The translations under genes and the position numbers were made by a program. Below the pieces are notes generated by a model. That model had not been told where the DNA came from. It searched no databases and saw only the letters and a list, made by a program, of their open reading frames with translations. From a virus (taxonomy: Duplodnaviria > Caudoviricetes), in the IMG/VR virus record IMGVR_UViG_3300020042_009799, positions 1 through 63,181 of that record: a stretch of 63,181 bases of DNA; one strand, given 5' to 3'. Positions 10,267 to 19,410 of the stretch are shown one piece after another. Each line of letters begins with the position of its first letter. Position 1 is the stretch's first letter.

Positions 10267-12015
10267 TCACTTTTCGTAGCGGTCGAGGATTTTCCCCTCC
10301 GCGGACAGCGGGATGTCGGAAATCCACTTCGGCGGGGTGCTCATGATCTTCAAGCAATCGCTCAGGCATTGCTCGGCCTTGTCTTCGTCCACCTCGATTA
10401 CCACTTCGTCGTGGACGTGAAGGATAAGCGGATAGCCCGCCTCCTCGATCCGCCTCACACATGACATAAATATATCCCTAGCTAATGCTTGACATAAATT
10501 CTCCACCAAACTTCCGAACCATAGGCGAACAGTCATCGGGCTGCCGTTCTTGACCAGCGTGGCGGTTGTGGATCGTCCACCACTGGCTGCAACGTCGCGG
10601 TAGATGAGGCGGTTGCCGGATGGCAGGACAAACTCCAGCACTCCGTCCTTGCGGGCGGCAGTCAGGCTATTGTTGAGGTCCTTCCACAGGCGAACCACTG
10701 CCTTCATGTTCTTCTTGTAGAGGGCAGTGAAGGACTCCGCTTCCTTGAGTGACTGCCCGGAAATGGATGCGATCTTCGCCGCACTCGCCCCGTACTGGGT
10801 ACCTAACCCAATGGTTTTGAACGTGTTACGAAGAACAGGATCATGTTTCTTGAGCGATCCGCGGTCCTTGGACCACATCTTGAACATCACCGCAAAGGCT
10901 TCGTAGATGTCGTCAGGGGATTCCCGAATCAGGTCCATCGCCTTGTGATCCTGCGCCAGCCACAGGATGACGCGCACCTCGATCTGCGAAAGGTCCACCA
11001 CTACCAGCTTATTGCCGGGTGCGGCGGAGATCATTCCGCGAATGTTGGCTCCGTGAAGCGTGGTTCGGCTCAGGTTCTGGAGGTTTCCATTGGAGCCCCC
11101 ACCTGAGAAACGCTTCGTGTGCGCGCCACAGTACATCATCCCGCCGTAGTAGCGCCCGTCCAGCGTGCCGCGCTCGAAGCCTTCCAGCTTCTTGATCAGC
11201 GCGTTGACACTGCGCCAGCTGCGAACCGCGGTCGCCCACGGAAGCTTCTCACCATAAGTCTCGATCCAGCTATCCGCCTCTTCGCTGTCGATGGCGAGGC
11301 TGGCTGGTGGGTCGATGCCATACTTGCGGCACTCCTCGGCGAACGCCTTGGGCGAGAGGAGCGGCTTGTCGCCTGCCCACGGGATCATCGCCTCGGCGTC
11401 GAACAGGACCTGCTTCGTGTTGCGCAGGTTGTTGTGGAGCATGTCGAGGTCCATCGGCAAGCCGCGGCGCATCATCCGCCGGGTATGGCAGGAGATCCAT
11501 TTCTCCGGCTCAGGCCAGCTTTCAGAAAGCTCATCCCATACACGAAGGCAGTACCGGGAATCCTTGAGGGCGTATTCAGTGACCTCTGCCTTGAACTCGG
11601 GTGACATGAGTTCCCAGCGTCGGTTCTTCATGTTGTCGCGGGTGGTCTTCGGCATCTCCTCTTTCCAGATCCACTTGACCGCGCCTTTGAGCGAGCGGGG
11701 GATGTTGAAGTAGGCGCACAGGTCGGCGGTGCAATGCCATTCCGCGAAGGCCACTTCCGGGTACCAGTTCTGTTCGACTCCGAACAGGTAGAGGGTTTCG
11801 TCGAAGGCCGCGTTGTGGGAGATCACGCGCTGCCCTTCGAGCATCTTCCAGTCAAAAAGCTTGGGGTGCCCGCAGAACTCGTAGCCGTCGCTGCCGACGA
11901 CTGACACCATGTAGGCGTCGAAGTCCGGGTGAGAATAATAGCCTCGATTGCCGAGGACTCGGACAGAGCATTCGTCCGAGTAGAAAGTTTCAAAGTCTAC
12001 TGCGTAGGTAATCAT
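10267..12015 (-). CDS. polA: Family A DNA polymerase with 3'-5' exonuclease
   Basis: DFET and HNAAFD exonuclease motifs; NLQN; motif A DLSQIEVR; motif B R...K..LG..YG; motif C HVHDE. Confidence 0.95.
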   Translation of the reverse strand: MITYAVDFETFYSDECSVRVLGNRGYYSHPDFDAYMVSVVGSDGYEFCGHPKLFDWKMLEGQRVISHNAAFDETLYLFGVEQNWYPEVAFAEWHCTADLCAYFNIPRSLKGAVKWIWKEEMPKTTRDNMKNRRWELMSPEFKAEVTEYALKDSRYCLRVWDELSESWPEPEKWISCHTRRMMRRGLPMDLDMLHNNLRNTKQVLFDAEAMIPWAGDKPLLSPKAFAEECRKYGIDPPASLAIDSEEADSWIETYGEKLPWATAVRSWRSVNALIKKLEGFERGTLDGRYYGGMMYCGAHTKRFSGGGSNGNLQNLSRTTLHGANIRGMISAAPGNKLVVVDLSQIEVRVILWLAQDHKAMDLIRESPDDIYEAFAVMFKMWSKDRGSLKKHDPVLRNTFKTIGLGTQYGASAAKIASISGQSLKEAESFTALYKKNMKAVVRLWKDLNNSLTAARKDGVLEFVLPSGNRLIYRDVAASGGRSTTATLVKNGSPMTVRLWFGSLVENLCQALARDIFMSCVRRIEEAGYPLILHVHDEVVIEVDEDKAEQCLSDCLKIMSTPPKWISDIPLSAEGKILDRYEK

Positions 12016-12033
12016 AATTTGGGTGGTCTGTAG

Positions 12034-12072
12034 AAAGTAAAGCGGGTGGATAGCGACCTGCTACCCACCCGC
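12034..12072 (-). terminator. Putative intrinsic terminator/hairpin upstream of polA
   Basis: Minus strand GCGGGTGGGTAGC-loop-GCTATCCACCCGC-TTTACTTT. Confidence 0.5.
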
Positions 12073-12083
12073 CGTTATGTCGC

Positions 12084-12338
12084 TTAGTTGCTGCCGTGCT
12101 CGAACCGGACGATGTTGTCCGGTTCAGGGAACGGTAGCTCAAGCTGTTCCGGCTGTTCGCCTAGCCAGTTTTCCAGAATGCTCTTCGAGCAAAGCAGCCC
12201 GTGAAGGCGTGCCTGTGATGCGGCCAGCATCTGGTTGAGTTGGACGATTGTGCCGTCCATCTCCTCGATGTTTCCGTTGATCTCGTTGATGTATGCTTCA
12301 ACAAGCTCCTTCGGCGGCGGTGGGACGAAGGCACCCAT
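12084..12338 (-). CDS. Small coiled-coil protein
   Basis: Heptad pattern; C-terminal QLELPF. Confidence 0.65.
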   Translation of the reverse strand: MGAFVPPPPKELVEAYINEINGNIEEMDGTIVQLNQMLAASQARLHGLLCSKSILENWLGEQPEQLELPFPEPDNIVRFEHGSN

Positions 12339-13018
12339 TACTGAGCACCTCCCGAGAGGCGGCTGGCGAAAGCCGCGGTTTCAGGTCCGACGATTCCCTT
12401 GGTTGGGGACAGCGAAGGAACATACCACTTGTAGGCACCCTTGGTCACGAGATCGCTGGAGAGGTTCCAGACGACATCGCTGACGGGCTTGCCGGGGTTG
12501 AACGCCTCGAAGGTAGCGAGACGCTTGAACGTGGTGTCGTACGACTTCTTCTGGGCGAAGAACTTGCCGATTGCCCACTGTTCGCCATCGAGGTCGAATG
12601 GGAACGCATCTGCGTCCTCAGTGTCCGACGTCTTCTGGATGAGGAGGGAGATGTAGGCGCAAGTGATGAACTTGAACTCGTTGTCCTCCTCGCTGCAATG
12701 ACGGTCTGCTTCTTCCTGCGAGTGCAGGAACACAGGTTGCTGGTCGCTGTCGAACGGGATGTCCTGCTTCCAGTACTTCTGCGCAGCAATCACGATTGCC
12801 GGAACCTTGATTCCCGGACGGTAGAGGACGCTTTCCCGATTCAGGACGATCGAACCCACTGGGGCTTCGAAGTCGAGGTCGGTCATCTTCTGCACGAACT
12901 GGAGGCGCGGCAACTCAATGTCACTGGCTGCGTAGGCCGCAGCGGGGGCTGGGGCAGCGGCAAGCGCGGTGGTGGTTTCTTCTTCGGTGGTCGCAGGAGC
13001 GAATGATTTAGTAGCCAT
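12338..13018 (-). CDS. Putative ssDNA-binding/annealing protein
   Basis: DIELPRLQFVQK N-terminal motif and position between nuclease and polymerase. Confidence 0.55.
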   Translation of the reverse strand: MATKSFAPATTEEETTTALAAAPAPAAAYAASDIELPRLQFVQKMTDLDFEAPVGSIVLNRESVLYRPGIKVPAIVIAAQKYWKQDIPFDSDQQPVFLHSQEEADRHCSEEDNEFKFITCAYISLLIQKTSDTEDADAFPFDLDGEQWAIGKFFAQKKSYDTTFKRLATFEAFNPGKPVSDVVWNLSSDLVTKGAYKWYVPSLSPTKGIVGPETAAFASRLSGGAQ

Positions 13019-13099
13019 ATGTGTGTAACGGTTTGTGGGAGGGAGCTTTGCCGGGTGGCTTGGGTAGGACGTGCTCCGAGGACGCCCTGTCAGGGAAAG

Positions 13100-13396
13100 T
13101 TAGGAGTTCTTGATGCCCGCTTCAAGGAGAGCCGAAACTCGCCGAAACTCGCTTGCGGACACGACTGTTCCGATTTGGTCTGGGAATACACGATCTCGCA
13201 GAGATTGCATTCGGGAGCGTTCAGTGCACACTTCTTGAATAATCTTTGCTGCCTTAGTAGCTACAAAGACTCCAAACGCAAAGGGGACTAGCTCTTTGAT
13301 AAAGTCCAACGCAAGCCAGCCAATGCCGATCTGCTTCGCTCCTTCAGTGACTCCATCCACGGATTGGAGGACCAGTTTTAGTTGTTCGATGTCCAT
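13100..13396 (-). CDS. Hypothetical protein, possible membrane segment
   Basis: 98 aa ORF with hydrophobic centre. Confidence 0.6.
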   Translation of the reverse strand: MDIEQLKLVLQSVDGVTEGAKQIGIGWLALDFIKELVPFAFGVFVATKAAKIIQEVCTERSRMQSLRDRVFPDQIGTVVSASEFRRVSALLEAGIKNS

Positions 13397-13398
13397 GA

Positions 13399-14529
13399 TT
13401 ACTCTTTGGTGAGGGTGACTCGTTCAGACCCAATCTCAACAGCTCCGGAAGCGACCATCGCCTCCTCGAACTGCTCAGCGTAGGCGGTCTTCTGTCCTCG
13501 CTTGGCAGTAGAAGAATACAAATCGCGGACCTTGGCAACAGGAAAATCAGCGAGAGCCAAAATTTCTTTCGGGTCCATGCCGAGCTTCTCCGCCACGTTC
13601 AGGAAATCCGCAGGGCTGGTCACCTTGCGGGTGCAGCCCATCGACCGGATCTTAAAGCCAGTCGGAGGAATCCCGTCAAGGGCTGCAAGGACTCCCTTGC
13701 GCTTGATTCCCTCTGCCCACTTCTCGACGATCGAGGCGATGGTGTAGAGCTTGCCAAGCGTTTCCGGGTCTTCGACTTCGGAGGAACGGATCGGTCCTTC
13801 AGGCAACCACTCCGGTTCGTACTTCGCCGCGATCTCGAATGCGATGTGGCCGAGGGCGGGGCACCGATCAGCGAACACGCAGTAAGTGCATCCGTTGTTC
13901 GGGTTGAGTTCCTCAAGAGGCGGCTGACCCTTCTCCCAGCGGAGGCGGGTGATCTTGCCTTCGAGAATGACCGTGGCGACCTTGTCCTCCAGAGCTTCCA
14001 GCTGATCGCGGGTGAACGTGCCATGCAACTCCTGCCCGCGTTGCGGAATCAGGAATACGCTGTGGATGGTTCGGACTTCAGGCCACCGCTGGAAGACTCC
14101 GATGGCGTAGTTGAACGCCTGCCAGTTGTCCAGCACCTCGTCGATCTCGCCGATGCCGGTCTTGTGGTCAAGGTTGAGGCAGGTATCGCCTCCGATGACC
14201 ACAAGATCCGACGTGCCGAAGTTGCTGGACCCATAGGGGAGTTCCATGTCCAAGGCGACTTCCTTGTAGATCTCCACCGGGGCGTCACCAAAGACAGTTT
14301 GAATCCAGCGTTCTTCGCCTTCGATAAGCTGGTCGTAGATGGCGACTTCTGACTCATCGTGGAGCCCTGAGAAGTCGCGCATCTCTACTGCTTCGTGAAT
14401 CCGGGTTCCTTTTTCTGCGGCGGGGCTTGATCCGCCTCGCGACTTCCAGCCGCGGCATGATGCGATATATTTGAGGCTACTTGGACCCATTTCGTGGTGT
14501 CCGCGTGATGCGTGATCTACTTGGTTCAT
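13399..14529 (-). CDS. Cas4-like PD-(D/E)xK nuclease (DUF2800-like)
   Basis: GPSS...C, GTRIH, E..., GTSD..DHKTG, WQ...YA, CTYC.....C. Confidence 0.85.
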   Translation of the reverse strand: MNQVDHASRGHHEMGPSSLKYIASCRGWKSRGGSSPAAEKGTRIHEAVEMRDFSGLHDESEVAIYDQLIEGEERWIQTVFGDAPVEIYKEVALDMELPYGSSNFGTSDLVVIGGDTCLNLDHKTGIGEIDEVLDNWQAFNYAIGVFQRWPEVRTIHSVFLIPQRGQELHGTFTRDQLEALEDKVATVILEGKITRLRWEKGQPPLEELNPNNGCTYCVFADRCPALGHIAFEIAAKYEPEWLPEGPIRSSEVEDPETLGKLYTIASIVEKWAEGIKRKGVLAALDGIPPTGFKIRSMGCTRKVTSPADFLNVAEKLGMDPKEILALADFPVAKVRDLYSSTAKRGQKTAYAEQFEEAMVASGAVEIGSERVTLTKE

Positions 14530-15050
14530 GCGTGTAATGGTGAATAGTATTCAGATACCCAAGCCCGGAGTTCGTCAAGGTTGATCATCGGCCTGCCGAA
14601 CTTGGGATAGATGTTTTCAGGGCAGATGTTGAAATAGCGCGGGTCGCCTAGCGTGGCGCTGTGGACGTGCCCGTGGATGTTAGGCTTGCCCCGAAGTTCC
14701 TGATCGTGGATAGGCGGGTGGCTGAGCCACATGCCCTTGTACTTCAGCAGTCCGTGGATCTGCTTGTAGACTTCAAACTCAGCAGGCGAGTGAACGTCAT
14801 GGTTGCCCTTGATCAGGACCTTCCGCCCCGGCATTGCGTGGACAATGCCGAGGCTGCGCTCATTGAAGGCCATGTCGCCGAGGCAGAAGACAATGTCTGA
14901 TCTGTCCCCGGCGGTTTTCTTGCTAACGACGCTGGTCCAGCATTCAGTGATCCACCGCACGTTGTCGGCCTCCGAAACAATCGGGCGATCGGCAAAGTTT
15001 GCGATGTTCTCATGCCCAAAGTGGGCATCCGAAATAAACCAGCAGGACAT
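14526..15050 (-). CDS. Calcineurin-like metallophosphoesterase
   Basis: SDAHFGH, LGD, GNHD, SH.P, HGHVH. Confidence 0.92.
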   Translation of the reverse strand: MSCWFISDAHFGHENIANFADRPIVSEADNVRWITECWTSVVSKKTAGDRSDIVFCLGDMAFNERSLGIVHAMPGRKVLIKGNHDVHSPAEFEVYKQIHGLLKYKGMWLSHPPIHDQELRGKPNIHGHVHSATLGDPRYFNICPENIYPKFGRPMINLDELRAWVSEYYSPLHA

Positions 15051-15051
15051 G

Positions 15052-15450
15052 TTAGAGGATGTCGTTCAGTTCTCCGATGGCGTCGTACAGGAGAGGAGTT
15101 ACTTCGCTGTCCGGGTGAGCAAAGGCGAGTGCAGCCACCAGATTTTCACGAATCGAGAACAGCTTGGATTCCAAGCAATCGCACTCCTCGTCTTCGTCAG
15201 GCTCACACTCGTGGGTGAGGATCGCCTCAACCTGTTCGTCATTAAGTGACGTATGGGCGAAGACATTGGTATCACTAACGCGGCGGTATCCGAACGCATG
15301 GCGCAGCTGGTCGCTGGTAATTTCGTTGTCGCAAGCTTCTTGGGCTTCATCAGCGGAGATCGCTGTAAGGTGGTCAGCCGAATCAGGAATGCTGAGGGTA
15401 GATCCGTCGCGGGGGCCTCCGAGGAATAGGCAGTCAGTAGTGTCGTTCAT
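15052..15450 (-). CDS. Hypothetical acidic protein
   Basis: LFLGGPRDG N-terminal motif; in operon. Confidence 0.65.
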   Translation of the reverse strand: MNDTTDCLFLGGPRDGSTLSIPDSADHLTAISADEAQEACDNEITSDQLRHAFGYRRVSDTNVFAHTSLNDEQVEAILTHECEPDEDEECDCLESKLFSIRENLVAALAFAHPDSEVTPLLYDAIGELNDIL

Positions 15451-15467
15451 GGTAGGGTAGGGTAGGT

Positions 15468-17858
15468 TCAGGTTCCGTGTAGGGCTTCCAGATTGGAAAG
15501 CTTCTTGTGGATCGCTTTCAAGACGTACTCTTCAATCGTGCCGCTGGCAATCAAAATCTTTTGGAGCGCGTCACTTTTTGAATTTGCCCGGTGGATTCGA
15601 CCGAGCACCTGCTTGAAAGTCTTGGCGTTGAAGGAGAGGGAGATCAGCGAGACTCGCGGAAAAGTGCCGTGCGTGTCCTGCAATCCGTCGATGCCCGTGC
15701 CGCCTGCTTCAGAGTTCAGGACGATGACGCGGAGCTTGTCGTCGCGGAAGCGGTCCACGTAGTCCTGCCTCTCCTCGGCGTTCTGTCCGCCGTTGACGAA
15801 GCCGACTTCCATCTTGAGCGTAGCTTCTAGTGCAGGCACCAAGGCGTCCAGCGTCTCGCGGAAGTTCACGAAGATGACCACCGACTTGTGCTCCTCGATC
15901 ATGTCCTTGGTCATCTCGACGATGTCCGGGACTTTCAGGGCCTCAGTCAGCTGGCGGGCGCGGAGCATGCGGGTCAGCAGCATGGTCACCTTGGCGTCTT
16001 TGTCCCTCGCCTTGGCGCGATCCTCCTTGTCAAAGGTGTCCATGTGATCCATCAGCTCGTCGATCACCTCGGTGGTGACCCCCGCGTCCTCGTAGAACTT
16101 CTTGATCTTGGAGACCGCTCCGAACTCGATCGGGTCTTCAAGAACCCAGTTCTCGCGGAAGGCTTCCGGCAAGTCGCGTTCAGTGATCCTGACAGCGCGG
16201 TCCTTGTAGAGGCGATCGTGGAGAGGCAGGAGCTTCTTGACGGGTCCGGGCCTCCAGTTCTTCCACTGGTCTTGAAAGCAGCCGAAGGACTTCATCCACT
16301 TGTCCCAGTTGGGGAGCAGTTCGGTGCCACGGTTCAAGCCATGCAGTTCCAAGGCGTAGCCGATCGCCCGCATCTCGGTCGGGTCTTCCGCCGCAGTCGC
16401 GGACAGGAGCAGCGTGCGCACGCCCTGCATCTTCGCCGAGATCAGCAGCTGGCTGCTCTGGGTAAACGGCGACTTGCAGTTGTGAACCAATACACCATTG
16501 GCGTAGAAGCACTCCGCTTGCTTTACAGAAATGTCGTAGCAGTTGTGCTCTCCCGGTACCGGGGTTACTTGGAGAACTCTAGCACCCGTGAAACGCACGC
16601 GCTTAAATCTTCCGCCACTTCGGAATTCTTGATACGGAGTACTTTCCAACCCTCCTCGGCTAGAAGCCGGTCTTTTTTCAGATCCCTCTCCCTCGCTTTG
16701 AGCGTGTTGTGAGACAACCCGTCCACTTCTACAGCGATCTTCTTCTCTGGAAAAGCCAAGTCCACTAGCATGAGGGGCCATTCCGCGTGGTGCCCGCGGC
16801 CCCACACCACAAATTCTGGGACCCACGAAGAACCGAGAGCCTTCAGTAACTTCTCCTGTGGTACGGTCATGCCAGTCCCGTTCCCACCCGTCAGGTGCGG
16901 TCGGGAAACCCCAGTTAGTGCCTTGGATACCTTTTTCCGAGTCTCGGGAGACTTCATGGGGTTGCTGTCCCCATTCATCTTTGCGTACCGCGCGGCAAAC
17001 CCCGGGTGGGTTGCTGATAGGTGCTTCATGTTTTCGGACAGGCGCTTCTTCTCTTCCGGAGACGCCGCTGCGTGCATGGCTTTTGAGGCACATGAGCGGG
17101 AGCAGAAATTCCGAGTTCCCATTTTTGAAGGCTTCCCCCGAAAAGTTTTGCCACAGCATGGGCACTCCTTCGAGGCTACTCTGCGTCTGGTTTTTGCAGA
17201 GCACGGGCGGCATCGAGTGCTCCTTCCGCTCTGATCCTTTAGGGGCACCCCGCAATCCGTGCAGGCACAGGTAGTCTGTGTCCTTGAGCTTGCCTGCTTC
17301 AACCCATCCTCTTTGTGTGAACAACTTGTGGTCATGCGTGCATTCTACACTACCACCAGCAAAGGATACAAGGACAACGTGTTTAATCCCTGTGAACGCA
17401 CTAGACGTTACGCGCTTGGGGCCTAGTGGGGTAAGGACAAAATCGTCCGCCTTGACGTCCTCGATGGGCCTGAGACTCCCGTCAGACATGGTGACCAGTG
17501 CCCCTTCCTTGACGCAGCGTTGGCATTCGTCAAACACCACCAGCGTGTCTTCTGGCAGATCCCAGCGCATGATCTTTTTCGTCACCTTCTTGAGGTGCGC
17601 CGACCCGTTACGGATCTTCTCGTAGTTCGTCACGAACACCGGCTCAATGCCCCACTCGGCAAGTTCACGCTTCCACGAAGGGAGGGTGGCCTTGGGGGCG
17701 ATCACGGCGATCGGGCAGTGGAGCTTCCTCGCCACGGCGCACGCCATGACGGTCTTGCCCGAACCGGTACAGGACGAGTTCAACGCGCTTCCGCGCTCGA
17801 TGATCGAGGATACCAGAAGCTTGACTGCCTTCTCTTGGGCTGGGAATAGGGTCTTCAT
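15468..17858 (-). CDS. Superfamily 2 helicase precursor containing an intein
   Basis: Q motif, TGSGKT, FDECQR, LSAT, GGTGIDGL, QVLGRIHR; interrupted just after motif II. Confidence 0.92.
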   Translation of the reverse strand: MKTLFPAQEKAVKLLVSSIIERGSALNSSCTGSGKTVMACAVARKLHCPIAVIAPKATLPSWKRELAEWGIEPVFVTNYEKIRNGSAHLKKVTKKIMRWDLPEDTLVVFDECQRCVKEGALVTMSDGSLRPIEDVKADDFVLTPLGPKRVTSSAFTGIKHVVLVSFAGGSVECTHDHKLFTQRGWVEAGKLKDTDYLCLHGLRGAPKGSERKEHSMPPVLCKNQTQSSLEGVPMLWQNFSGEAFKNGNSEFLLPLMCLKSHARSGVSGREEAPVRKHEAPISNPPGVCRAVRKDEWGQQPHEVSRDSEKGIQGTNWGFPTAPDGWERDWHDRTTGEVTEGSRFFVGPRICGVGPRAPRGMAPHASGLGFSREEDRCRSGRVVSQHAQSEGEGSEKRPASSRGGLESTPYQEFRSGGRFKRVRFTGARVLQVTPVPGEHNCYDISVKQAECFYANGVLVHNCKSPFTQSSQLLISAKMQGVRTLLLSATAAEDPTEMRAIGYALELHGLNRGTELLPNWDKWMKSFGCFQDQWKNWRPGPVKKLLPLHDRLYKDRAVRITERDLPEAFRENWVLEDPIEFGAVSKIKKFYEDAGVTTEVIDELMDHMDTFDKEDRAKARDKDAKVTMLLTRMLRARQLTEALKVPDIVEMTKDMIEEHKSVVIFVNFRETLDALVPALEATLKMEVGFVNGGQNAEERQDYVDRFRDDKLRVIVLNSEAGGTGIDGLQDTHGTFPRVSLISLSFNAKTFKQVLGRIHRANSKSDALQKILIASGTIEEYVLKAIHKKLSNLEALHGT
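16479..17516 (-). mobile_element. Intein, 346 aa
   Basis: Begins CVKEGALVTMSDG..PIEDV, block B CTHDH, block F CYDISV, ends FYANGVLVHN followed by Cys+1; removal restores DECQR-CKS. Confidence 0.92.
16565..17335 (-). CDS. Zn-finger plus Vsr/DUF559-like endonuclease nested in the intein in a shifted frame
   Basis: CxxC pairs, CPCCGKTF..FCSRSC, NPMKSPETRKKVSKAL (NUMOD3-like), VDLAF..KIAVEVDG..H...D..KD..L...GWKVLRI. Confidence 0.85.
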   Translation of the reverse strand: MTTSCSHKEDGLKQASSRTQTTCACTDCGVPLKDQSGRSTRCRPCSAKTRRRVASKECPCCGKTFRGKPSKMGTRNFCSRSCASKAMHAAASPEEKKRLSENMKHLSATHPGFAARYAKMNGDSNPMKSPETRKKVSKALTGVSRPHLTGGNGTGMTVPQEKLLKALGSSWVPEFVVWGRGHHAEWPLMLVDLAFPEKKIAVEVDGLSHNTLKARERDLKKDRLLAEEGWKVLRIKNSEVAEDLSACVSRVLEFSK

Positions 17859-18136
17859 TCTACTTCAAGAATCCAGCGATCATTCGCATTGACGATCGCC
17901 GTGATTTTCTTCTTCGGTGCTTCACGGTTGAAGTCATCTAGATGATGGCTCACGCTGACAAAAGGCCCACCCGGAGGATCAATGAACCGATAGACTCGCC
18001 CTTCTGGCGTATCCTCGAAACCGCACCGAGAATACTCGCGACACTCTCCAACCAGCTCGACGAAGTAGGTTCCGTCTTCCTGTTCGTGGAAGGTCATGGA
18101 GTGGCCGTGGCGACCTCTGATTGGGTAGGAGTTCAT
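17855..18136 (-). CDS. Hypothetical protein
   Basis: ATGA-coupled; FIDPPGGPF motif. Confidence 0.7.
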   Translation of the reverse strand: MNSYPIRGRHGHSMTFHEQEDGTYFVELVGECREYSRCGFEDTPEGRVYRFIDPPGGPFVSVSHHLDDFNREAPKKKITAIVNANDRWILEVE

Positions 18137-18450
18137 AGTGTACTCCGCTCCTCCCTGAGCAACCCCTTCATGAGAATCGCATAGTTGACCAAGTCATCGC
18201 AAGCATCGTCCACGGATTCCCCATCCACGGCGCAGACTCCGTTCTTGATGAAGGCTCTTACGCGCTGGAGCTTGTCGGTCATTCGCAGGATAATTCCAGT
18301 GACCGGGTGAAGACCAAAGCATTCGGCAATCCGGAAGTTGGCAAAGGGGTCGCCGTCGCCTCCGGAGTAGTCCATGTTTTTCTGCCGCATGATCTCACGG
18401 CATCGGGTGGTGGTCTCTTCGTGGAGAGACAGAAGGTTGTCTAGGGTCAC
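18133..18450 (-). CDS. Nucleotide modification-associated domain protein (Nmad1/DUF1599-like)
   Basis: KNMDY, DPFANF, RMTDKLQR, ESVDD..DLVNY. Confidence 0.7.
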   Translation of the reverse strand: MTLDNLLSLHEETTTRCREIMRQKNMDYSGGDGDPFANFRIAECFGLHPVTGIILRMTDKLQRVRAFIKNGVCAVDGESVDDACDDLVNYAILMKGLLREERSTL

Positions 18451-18635
18451 TGCTTCTTGGGGTCAGGTAGTTGTCTCAAATACTCGCGCATGTCATCGCG
18501 CGCTTGGGGATCCTTGTAAAGATCAATGTTTCCGTTGCGGGTGAAATCCACCCACCTCGCCACCGGGCGCATGACTTGGATTCCGTAGAGCACGGTTCCG
18601 TCACGCTGGGGAAACTCCGTCGCTTTCGTTTTCAC
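18447..18635 (-). CDS. Hypothetical protein
   Basis: Short coupled ORF. Confidence 0.5.
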   Translation of the reverse strand: MKTKATEFPQRDGTVLYGIQVMRPVARWVDFTRNGNIDLYKDPQARDDMREYLRQLPDPKKQ

Positions 18636-18804
18636 GCTGGTTGGTTAGGTATTTCTGTTTCCGGTATTCCGGGTCCCGGGCAAGGAGCCACTTATGCAGG
18701 GCTCGGTCCACGTCTGAAAAGTTGTGGTCGTCTCCGCGAGCTGGCTCTCGGAATCCGACTATCGCTTTTGGGTGGCGGTATCGCCGTTTAGTAGGTCCAG
18801 CCAT
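18601..18804 (-). CDS. Hypothetical basic protein
   Basis: Probable start MAGPTK overlapping the resolvase end. Confidence 0.5.
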   Translation of the reverse strand: MAGPTKRRYRHPKAIVGFREPARGDDHNFSDVDRALHKWLLARDPEYRKQKYLTNQRENESDGVSPA

Positions 18805-19102
18805 TTTGAAGGATCTTTGCAAAGGAGTCCAGACGGATGACCACCACGGGGGTTCGGCGATCCTCCATGAGGACTGCTGCGTCTACGTGTTCAGTCAGCG
18901 CCGAGGTAATGATCGCGGGCAGCGCCTTGCGGGCCTTGACTTGGATGCGGCACCCGGCGGACTTCACGTCCACCTCTTCGTGCTCGCCCATCGCCCTGCC
19001 GTTGGAGCCCCAAGCGCGCTTGGCGTCAAGCCCTCGGGACTCCAAGAACTTGACCAGCTTGACTTCAGCGCGATTGCCTTTTGCTTTTGAGGGGCTTGCC
19101 AT
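18788..19102 (-). CDS. Holliday junction resolvase (Hjc-like PD-(D/E)xK)
   Basis: KAKGNRAE, VD, IQVK, DR motifs. Confidence 0.8.
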   Translation of the reverse strand: MASPSKAKGNRAEVKLVKFLESRGLDAKRAWGSNGRAMGEHEEVDVKSAGCRIQVKARKALPAIITSALTEHVDAAVLMEDRRTPVVVIRLDSFAKILQNGWTY

Positions 19103-19208
19103 TAGTAGTTGTGTACGTTGTCAGGACCCCCGAAGTTGTCGGAGTCGTCGCCGGGATCGTATAGAGCGATTACCAGCATCACAAGAAGAATTAACGCGAT
19201 TGCCGTGC

Positions 19209-19397
19209 TCATTTTTCGTAGGCGCTGATCAGGCGTTCGAGTTCGGAGACCGAGTGCTCGTCGGCCATTGGGTTCTGCACAATCAGCTTCAGGCGCTCGA
19301 TGATCGTCGTGCGCTTTTTGCGTTCGTCATTGACCATGTCCAGCAGCTTGTCGAATCGCTGGGTCACGGCGGGTGGGTAGGTGTATGTGGCGGTCAT
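19209..19397 (-). CDS. Hypothetical protein
   Basis: Probable start MTATYTY; the longer ORF is a shadow of the neighbouring gene. Confidence 0.55.
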   Translation of the reverse strand: MTATYTYPPAVTQRFDKLLDMVNDERKKRTTIIERLKLIVQNPMADEHSVSELERLISAYEK

Positions 19398-19410
19398 TGA
19401 GTTGTTCGGT

